From contig SVJO01000002.1 of NCBI GenBank assembly GCA_015068935.1, positions 4,943-68,942 on the forward strand: a stretch of DNA of 64,000 nt. Reading direction: 5' to 3'. The notes under the pieces are model-generated. The model was not told the DNA's origin. It saw only the letters and a program-made list of their open reading frames with translations, and ran no database searches. The first letter of the stretch is position 1; each line of letters starts with the position of its first letter. The translations under genes and the position numbers were made by a program. Shown piece by piece: positions 57,677 through 64,000 of the stretch. The stretch is from Oscillospiraceae bacterium (lineage in GTDB: Bacteria; Bacillota; Clostridia; UBA1381; UBA9506).

Positions 57677-59626
57677 ATGGACGTCAGGGAAGAAAAAATT
57701 AAAGAAAAAGGCGCAAGCTACATAGGCGGATATTACGATGTCGCCGTTATCGGAGCAGGGCATGCAGGTGCAGAGGCAGCGCTTGCTGCAGCGCATCTCG
57801 GTCTAGAAACGGTGCTCTTTACAATTAATCTTGATGCTGTTGCAAATATGCCGTGTAATCCGTCAATCGGCGGAACGGCAAAGGGCCATCTTGTGCGAGA
57901 GATTGATGCTCTTGGCGGAATGATGGGAAAAGTTGCAGATAAAACATTTCTTCAGTCACGTATATTAAACCGGGGAAAAGGCCCCGCGGTTTACTCTTTG
58001 CGGGTTCAGTCGGACAGACGTGCATATCAGCAGGAAATGAAATATTTAATAGAAAGAACAGAAAATCTTGATTTGAAGCAGGCGGAGATTGTAGAGCTTG
58101 TATTAGAGGAAGGCAAGGTTTCGGGCGTTATTACACATACAGGTGCATTTTATGGGACGAAGGCTGTTATAGTTGCGACGGGAACATATTTGAGAGGAAA
58201 AATTATTATCGGTGATGTGGCATATCCCGGAGGCCCTGACGGTATGTTTGCAGCAAACAGGCTTTCTGATTCTCTTATACGTGCTGGAATAAAACTGTTG
58301 AGGTTCAAAACGGGAACACCTGCCAGAGTCAACAGAAACAGTATTGATTTTTCAGTTATGGAGCGTCAGGACGGCGATGAGGAAATAACACCGTTTTCAT
58401 TTGAAACTCAGGATGTAGGCAAAAACAAGGTTTCATGTTATCTTACATATACAAACGAAGAAACTCACAGGATTATTAAGGAAAATCTGCATCGTTCGCC
58501 TCTTTACAGCGGAAAAATTGAGGGCGTAGGACCCAGATATTGTCCTTCGATAGAGGACAAGGTCGTAAGATTTTCCGATAAACCCAGGCATCAGATTTTT
58601 ATTGAACCTATGGGCGAAAACACTGATGAAATGTATGTTCAGGGAATGTCGTCAAGTCTGCCTGAAGATGTTCAGATAAAGATGCTTCGCTCGGTTAAAG
58701 GACTCGAAAATGTTAAAATGATGAGGACTGCTTATGCTATAGAATATGACTGTGCTGACCCATTGCAGCTTTATCCCACTCTTGAATTTAAGGATATTCC
58801 AGGACTATACGGAGCAGGACAGATTAACGGAAGTTCAGGATATGAAGAAGCGGCGGCACAGGGGCTGATAGCGGGCATAAACGCGGCAAGGAAAACCAGA
58901 GGCGAAAACGAATTTGTTTTAGACCGCTCTGAAAGCTACATAGGGACACTTATAGATGACCTTGTCACAAAGGGAACCCATGAACCCTACAGAATGATGA
59001 CGTCGCGTTCTGAGTACAGACTTTTGCTGAGGCAGGATAATGCAGATTTGAGGCTTACGCCAAAGGGATACGAAATAGGTCTTATATCAAAGGAAAGATA
59101 TAATAAATTCCTAGAGAAAAAGAAGACGATTGAGGAAGAAAAAGAAAGATTAGAGAGTAAAGTTATTCCGCCTTCAAAGGAAGTTAATGAATTTTTAGAG
59201 AGAAATGGATGTACTCCGCTTGTTACGGGAGCAAAACTGTCTGACCTTTTGAGAAGGCCGCAGCTTTCATATGAACTTTTAGCAGAAATCGATAAGGACA
59301 GACCGCAGCTTTCTCGGTTTGAGGCCGAACAAGCTGAAATACAGATAAAGTACTCGGGATATATAGAAAGACAGATGAGGCAGATTGAAGGTTTTAAAAA
59401 GCTTGAAAACAAGAAAATTCCAAAAGGAATAGATTATCTTTCAATTGGCGGGTTGAGATTAGAGGCAAGGCAGAAACTTGCTAGTTCCATGCCTCTTTCT
59501 GTTGGTGCGGCATCAAGAATTTCCGGAGTAAGTCCTGCAGATATTTCAGTTCTGCTTATATATTTAGAACAGCTCAAAAGAGAAGAGAACTCAAAAAATT
59601 TATCTCATAAGGAGTCAGAAGAATGA
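57677..59626 (+). CDS. mnmG: tRNA uridine 5-carboxymethylaminomethyl modification enzyme MnmG (GidA)
   Basis: [23 protein letters not shown] motif, [32 protein letters not shown], 649 aa. Confidence 0.97.
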   Translation: MDVREEKIKEKGASYIGGYYDVAVIGAGHAGAEAALAAAHLGLETVLFTINLDAVANMPCNPSIGGTAKGHLVREIDALGGMMGKVADKTFLQSRILNRGKGPAVYSLRVQSDRRAYQQEMKYLIERTENLDLKQAEIVELVLEEGKVSGVITHTGAFYGTKAVIVATGTYLRGKIIIGDVAYPGGPDGMFAANRLSDSLIRAGIKLLRFKTGTPARVNRNSIDFSVMERQDGDEEITPFSFETQDVGKNKVSCYLTYTNEETHRIIKENLHRSPLYSGKIEGVGPRYCPSIEDKVVRFSDKPRHQIFIEPMGENTDEMYVQGMSSSLPEDVQIKMLRSVKGLENVKMMRTAYAIEYDCADPLQLYPTLEFKDIPGLYGAGQINGSSGYEEAAAQGLIAGINAARKTRGENEFVLDRSESYIGTLIDDLVTKGTHEPYRMMTSRSEYRLLLRQDNADLRLTPKGYEIGLISKERYNKFLEKKKTIEEEKERLESKVIPPSKEVNEFLERNGCTPLVTGAKLSDLLRRPQLSYELLAEIDKDRPQLSRFEAEQAEIQIKYSGYIERQMRQIEGFKKLENKKIPKGIDYLSIGGLRLEARQKLASSMPLSVGAASRISGVSPADISVLLIYLEQLKREENSKNLSHKESEE

Positions 59627-60501
59627 TAAAAAGCATGACAGGCTACGGCCGATGTGAAAAAATTGATGAAAACAAGAAAATCGTAATTGATATCAAATCA
59701 GTAAATCACAGATATTCTGATATTTCTGTTAAGGTGCCCCGAGCATATGGCTATACAGAGGATAAAATCCGCGATTATGTAGCATCAAAGGTTTCAAGGG
59801 GCAAAATTGACGTTTTTGTGTATATTGAATTTTACACAAGCGGAGATAAGGTTGTAATTTTAGATAAGGCCCTTTGTAAAAACTATTATGATGTTTTAAA
59901 AGAAATCAAGGAAGAATGCTCAATACAGGACAACATCAGACTTTGTGATATAAGTTCTTTCCGTGATATCTTCGTCACAAAGCAGGAAGACGAGGACAAA
60001 GACCAGGTATGGCAAATGATTCTGGAGTGTTTAGAACCAGCGATGGAAGACTTTATTTCTGCGAGGGAGCGAGAAGGAAGCAGAATGGCAGCTGATGTCA
60101 GAGAGCATGCAAGAATTATTTTAGAGGACGTCAAGATTATAGAGGAAATTATGCCTCAGGCAGAAAAAGAATATGCACAGAAGCTAAGACAAAGGATGAC
60201 AGAACTTTTAGGTGAATTCAATATAGATGAATCAAGACTTTTAACAGAGGTTGCTATTATGGCAGACAGAATCTGTGTGAGTGAGGAACTTGTCCGCCTA
60301 AAGAGTCATTTTACAGAACTTGAAAACATTTTAAGTCTGGATGAGCCTATTGGCAGAAAACTTGACTTTCTCATTCAGGAAATCAACAGAGAAACAAATA
60401 CAATTGGCTCTAAAGCAAATGATTTTGGTGTTGCCAAAACAGTTGTAAACATTAAAGCGGAAATTGAAAAATTAAGAGAACAGATTCAGAATATAGAATA
60501 A
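59623..60501 (+). CDS. yicC: YicC-family protein (YicC_N + DUF1732)
   Basis: [16 protein letters not shown], and C-terminal [18 protein letters not shown]. Confidence 0.9.
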   Translation: MIKSMTGYGRCEKIDENKKIVIDIKSVNHRYSDISVKVPRAYGYTEDKIRDYVASKVSRGKIDVFVYIEFYTSGDKVVILDKALCKNYYDVLKEIKEECSIQDNIRLCDISSFRDIFVTKQEDEDKDQVWQMILECLEPAMEDFISAREREGSRMAADVREHARIILEDVKIIEEIMPQAEKEYAQKLRQRMTELLGEFNIDESRLLTEVAIMADRICVSEELVRLKSHFTELENILSLDEPIGRKLDFLIQEINRETNTIGSKANDFGVAKTVVNIKAEIEKLREQIQNIE

Positions 60502-60527
60502 CAACGCGATTTTAAGGAGGAACACAA

Positions 60528-60800
60528 ATGAAACTGATAAATATCGGTTTTGGAAACATAGTCTCGGCAAACAGGTTAGTTGCTATAGTAAGCCCCGAAT
60601 CAGCGCCTATTAAAAGAATAATTCAGGAAGCACGCGACAGGGGAATGCTTATCGATGCAACATACGGAAGGAGAACAAGGGCAGTTATCGTTACAGATTC
60701 TGACCATATCATTTTGTCAGCAGTACAACCTATTACTGTGGCACATCGTTTAGACGGAATTGATGACGTAGCAGACGAGGAGGAAGAGGATGAAGAATAA
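60528..60800 (+). CDS. remA: Extracellular matrix/biofilm regulator RemA (DUF370)
   Basis: [68 protein letters not shown], with an acidic tail. Confidence 0.92.
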   Translation: MKLINIGFGNIVSANRLVAIVSPESAPIKRIIQEARDRGMLIDATYGRRTRAVIVTDSDHIILSAVQPITVAHRLDGIDDVADEEEEDEE

Positions 60801-61416
60801 AAGAGGTCTGCTTTTAGTCGTTTCAGGCCCATCTGGTGCAGGAAAGGGAACAGTATGTGCAGATATTTTAAAGAGGTATCCTGAATTTAAACTTTCCGTT
60901 TCTGCCACAACCCGCCCCCCAAGACCGGGAGAAGAAGATGGTGTAAACTATTTCTTTCTGACAAGAGAAGAGTTTGAAAAAAGAATAAAAGAAGACGGGT
61001 TCATTGAGTGGGCAGAGTTTTGCGGCAATCTTTACGGGACACCAAAGGCAAACGTAGAAGCTCTTTTAAATGACGGCATAGATGTAATACTTGAAATTGA
61101 GGCACAGGGGGCTCTGAAAGTAAAAAAAGATTTTAAAGATGCTGTTCTTTTCTTTGTAGTACCTCCTACAGCTCTCCAGTTAAAAGAAAGACTTACAGGC
61201 AGAGGGACGGAGACAGAGGAAAAGATTAAGGCCAGACTAAGTCAGGCAGAGTGGGAATTTTCTCAGGCTGAGAATTACAAATATATACTCCTGAATGACA
61301 AAGTGGAGAAAGCTACTGAAAGATTTATCAGTATTGTCAAAGCTGAAAAATACGGAGTTGACAAAAACACAGAGTTTATAAATAAGTTTGCACAAGATTT
61401 AAAAAATATAAAATAG
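60790..61416 (+). CDS. gmk: Guanylate kinase
   Basis: [13 protein letters not shown]-loop, [22 protein letters not shown]. Confidence 0.95.
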   Translation: MKNKRGLLLVVSGPSGAGKGTVCADILKRYPEFKLSVSATTRPPRPGEEDGVNYFFLTREEFEKRIKEDGFIEWAEFCGNLYGTPKANVEALLNDGIDVILEIEAQGALKVKKDFKDAVLFFVVPPTALQLKERLTGRGTETEEKIKARLSQAEWEFSQAENYKYILLNDKVEKATERFISIVKAEKYGVDKNTEFINKFAQDLKNIK

Positions 61417-61448
61417 AAGATTAAGATAAGAAAGGGTTTTGATTTATT

Positions 61449-61679
61449 ATGATGTTATATCCTTCAATTATGAAATTAATGGAAAAGACAGGAAGCAGAT
61501 ACAGTCTTGTTATTGCTACGGCAAAGAGAGCAAGGGAAATTGAAGCAGCAGCCCAGGAGACAAAAAATGTTGACGGTGCAAGAAGTATTTCCAAAGCCGC
61601 AACGGAAATTGCAGACGGAACAGTCGTTGTTTTTGATGCAGACGATGCAGATTCCGCCGATGAGGTTTTTGAAGATTAA
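61449..61679 (+). CDS. rpoZ: DNA-directed RNA polymerase subunit omega
   Basis: SRYSLVIATAKRAREI core motif, with the position after gmk conserved. Confidence 0.9.
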   Translation: MMLYPSIMKLMEKTGSRYSLVIATAKRAREIEAAAQETKNVDGARSISKAATEIADGTVVVFDADDADSADEVFED

Positions 61680-61688
61680 GGAGAAACT

Positions 61689-63008
61689 ATGAAAATCGGA
61701 TTTATATCACTGGGTTGTGCGAAAAATCTGACGGATGCTGAAATCATGGCAGGGATACTTGCATCAAAGGGACATGAGCTTTGTTCACAGACTCAGGATG
61801 CAGAGGTTGTGATTGTTAACACCTGCGGTTTTATTGATTCAGCCAAAGAGGAATCAATCAGCGCTATATTAGAGATGGCGCAGCTTAAAGAACAAAACTG
61901 CAAGCTTCTGATTGTGACAGGATGTCTTGCTCAACGCTACAGTGAGGAGTTTTTAGAAAATTTCCCTGAGGTTGACGCAGTAGTAGGAACAGGCTCATAC
62001 ACAGAGATTGCAGAGATAATTGACAGAGCATCAAAAGGCGAGAAATGTGTGGTTACAGGGGATATTTCAGCACCTATTATTGAAGACGAAAGACGAATAA
62101 ACACTTGCGGAGCCTTTGCATACCTTAAAATTGCGGAGGGTTGTGACAACAAGTGTACTTATTGCATAATTCCACGCCTGAGAGGAAAATACAGAAGCAG
62201 AAAACCTGAAAGCATTATAAAGGAAGCTGAGGCACTTGCTAAAGAGGGTGTAAAAGAGCTCATAGTGATAGCGCAGGATACATCGCGTTACGGGCAGGAC
62301 TTAGAAGAGGATATTTCCTTAGCTAAGCTTCTTGGATTGCTTTGCAAAATAGAGAATGTTGAGTGGGTGAGGGTGCTTTATCTCTACCCCGAAATGATTA
62401 CAGATGAGCTTATAGAAGCTTTTGTCTGTAACAAAAAACTTGTCCCTTATGTAGATATGCCTATTCAGCATTGTAATAATACTGTCTTAAAGAGGATGGG
62501 CAGGCGCACATCAAAAGAACAAATTCTTAAAGTTATCAGCAAATTAAGAGAAAATGTAAAGGATATCACCATAAGAACTTCTTTGATAGCCGGCTTTCCC
62601 GGTGAAACAGAGGAACAGTTCAGCGAGCTTCTGGAATTTGTAAAGGAAGTCAGATTTGACAGACTGGGTGCTTTTGCGTATTCAAAAGAGGAGGATACTC
62701 CGGCAGCGCTTCTTCCCGACCAGATACCGCAGAAGGAAAAGGAAAGAAGAGCAAGGGCAATTATAGAGGCCCAGTCGGAGATTTCACGTCAAAAGCAAAA
62801 GAAAAAGGAAGGAAAGATTCTTAGGGTGCTGACTGAAGGTTACGATGAAGAAAATTTCATGTACTACGGCAGAAGCGAAAGCGATGCTCCTGAGGTTGAC
62901 ACACTTGTATATTTTGCATCGGAGGAAGAAACACAAATAGGGACATTTGCAAATGTTTTAATTTTAGATTCCGATGAATATGACTTAACCGGAAAGAGGT
63001 TGATTTAA
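61689..63008 (+). CDS. rimO: Ribosomal protein S12 methylthiotransferase RimO
   Basis: ISLGCAKNLTDAE N-terminal cluster, radical SAM CDNKCTYC, C-terminal TRAM. Confidence 0.9.
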   Translation: MKIGFISLGCAKNLTDAEIMAGILASKGHELCSQTQDAEVVIVNTCGFIDSAKEESISAILEMAQLKEQNCKLLIVTGCLAQRYSEEFLENFPEVDAVVGTGSYTEIAEIIDRASKGEKCVVTGDISAPIIEDERRINTCGAFAYLKIAEGCDNKCTYCIIPRLRGKYRSRKPESIIKEAEALAKEGVKELIVIAQDTSRYGQDLEEDISLAKLLGLLCKIENVEWVRVLYLYPEMITDELIEAFVCNKKLVPYVDMPIQHCNNTVLKRMGRRTSKEQILKVISKLRENVKDITIRTSLIAGFPGETEEQFSELLEFVKEVRFDRLGAFAYSKEEDTPAALLPDQIPQKEKERRARAIIEAQSEISRQKQKKKEGKILRVLTEGYDEENFMYYGRSESDAPEVDTLVYFASEEETQIGTFANVLILDSDEYDLTGKRLI

Positions 63009-63556
63009 TGAACACACCAAATAAACTTACACTGTTTAGGATATTGCTTATTCCGCTTTTTATGGTCGTTGCTCTTTATGAGATAATACCTTTTAAAACG
63101 GTTGTTGCTTTAGTAGTTTTTATTTTAGCATGTGCTACAGACTGGCTTGATGGTTATCTTGCAAGAAAAAATAACGAGGTAACCAATTTTGGTAAAATTG
63201 TGGACCCTCTCGCTGATAAAATGTTAGTTACAGCAGCTCTTTTGTGCCTTGTAAATGATAATCTTATCTCTCCGTGGATTGCAATAATTATTCTTGCGAG
63301 AGAATTTATCGTATCAGGAATAAGAATATCTGCAGCATCAGAGGGCAACGTAATTGCTGCAAGTATGTGGGGTAAAGTAAAAACAGTCTGGCAGTTTATC
63401 GCTATATGCATAACACTTGTTCTTGCAGACTTTGCAGCAGATTTTGCTTTTGCAAAAGTTATCATAGATATCTGTATGTGGGGAGCAGCAGGGCTGACTG
63501 TCATTTCAGGTATAGATTATGTTGTAAAGAACATAAGATATTTATCAATGAAATAA
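63008..63556 (+). CDS. pgsA: CDP-diacylglycerol--glycerol-3-phosphate 3-phosphatidyltransferase
   Basis: PNKLTLFRILLIP, DWLDGYLAR..., GKIVDPLADK (CDP-alcohol phosphatidyltransferase motif). Confidence 0.93.
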   Translation: MNTPNKLTLFRILLIPLFMVVALYEIIPFKTVVALVVFILACATDWLDGYLARKNNEVTNFGKIVDPLADKMLVTAALLCLVNDNLISPWIAIIILAREFIVSGIRISAASEGNVIAASMWGKVKTVWQFIAICITLVLADFAADFAFAKVIIDICMWGAAGLTVISGIDYVVKNIRYLSMK

Positions 63557-63582
63557 TTTTTTTGATTGGAAGAAGGGTTTGT

Positions 63583-64000
63583 ATGTCAAAAAAAGTTGTG
63601 TGCATACTTTTTGGCGGTGCGTCGTCTGAACATGAGATTTCAAGAGTTTCCGCCGCAAATGTTCTTGATAACATTGACAGAAATATCTATGAGGTTTTGT
63701 CTGTCGGCATAACAAGGGAAGGCAACTGGTTTTTAACTAATGCCAAAACAGAGGAAATAAAAAACGGAGAGTGGGAAAACTTACATAATAAGGCGTGTGT
63801 TATTTCGCCTGACCCAAAGCATCATGGACTTTTGGTGTTTAATAAAAACGGAGATTATTCTGTTACAAGGGTTGATGTGATTTTTCCAGTGCTTCACGGA
63901 AAAAATGGAGAAGACGGAACAGTGCAGGGCCTCTTTGAACTTGCAAAAATTCCATATGCTGGTTGCGGTGTTTTGGGTTCGGCTGCATGTATGGATAAAG
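63583..64000 (+). CDS. ddl: D-alanine--D-alanine ligase, N-terminal part (runs off right window edge)
   Basis: My translation reads MSKKKVVCILFGGASSEHEISRVSAANVLDNIDR...VIFPVLHGKNGEDGTVQGLFELAKIPYAGCGV. Not in the track because it has no stop in the window. Confidence 0.9.
   Translation, partial: MSKKVVCILFGGASSEHEISRVSAANVLDNIDRNIYEVLSVGITREGNWFLTNAKTEEIKNGEWENLHNKACVISPDPKHHGLLVFNKNGDYSVTRVDVIFPVLHGKNGEDGTVQGLFELAKIPYAGCGVLGSAACMDK

Overview
Low-GC Firmicute (Clostridia-like) chromosomal segment from a spore-former. spo0A, spoVS, an alpha/beta SASP, gerM, sleB-ypeB and a pdaB-like gene are present, and so are cohesin/dockerin and SLH surface proteins. About 95% of the window is ordinary, densely packed core genes: mfd, guaB, secDF, rny, dnaN, greA, soj-spo0J with two perfect parS sites, serS, mtaB, tex, hflX, alr-mazEF, nnr, mnmG, yicC-remA-gmk-rpoZ-rimO-pgsA and ddl. 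I saw no tRNA, rRNA, CRISPR array, transposase or integrase. The only clearly accessory stretch is the left edge (1-2.8 kb). It holds a Card1/Can2-like CARF effector gene truncated by the window edge. Next to it is a compact three-gene operon: an XRE regulator, a 60-aa tail-anchored membrane peptide and an unassignable 144-aa protein. That operon has its own promoter, a repeated ATTTGACAA motif and tandem Spo0A boxes upstream, and it is my best candidate for an undescribed toxin/defence-type module. Secondary observations: (1) an AT-rich trough (~24-31 kb) containing dnaN without dnaA, preceded by a 470-bp AT-rich spacer with inverted DnaA-box-like 9-mers at a gene-orientation switch; (2) an orphan very AT-rich 270-aa ORF; (3) a strong promoter plus structured ~100-nt element upstream of soj; (4) an orphan divergent type IIA topoisomerase B subunit; (5) a terminator-containing leader upstream of a PLP decarboxylase; (6) an adjacent cohesin/dockerin pair; (7) a (GY)n-tailed BY-kinase followed by two paralogous SLH proteins. 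All family assignments come from motif recognition by eye. No searches were run.
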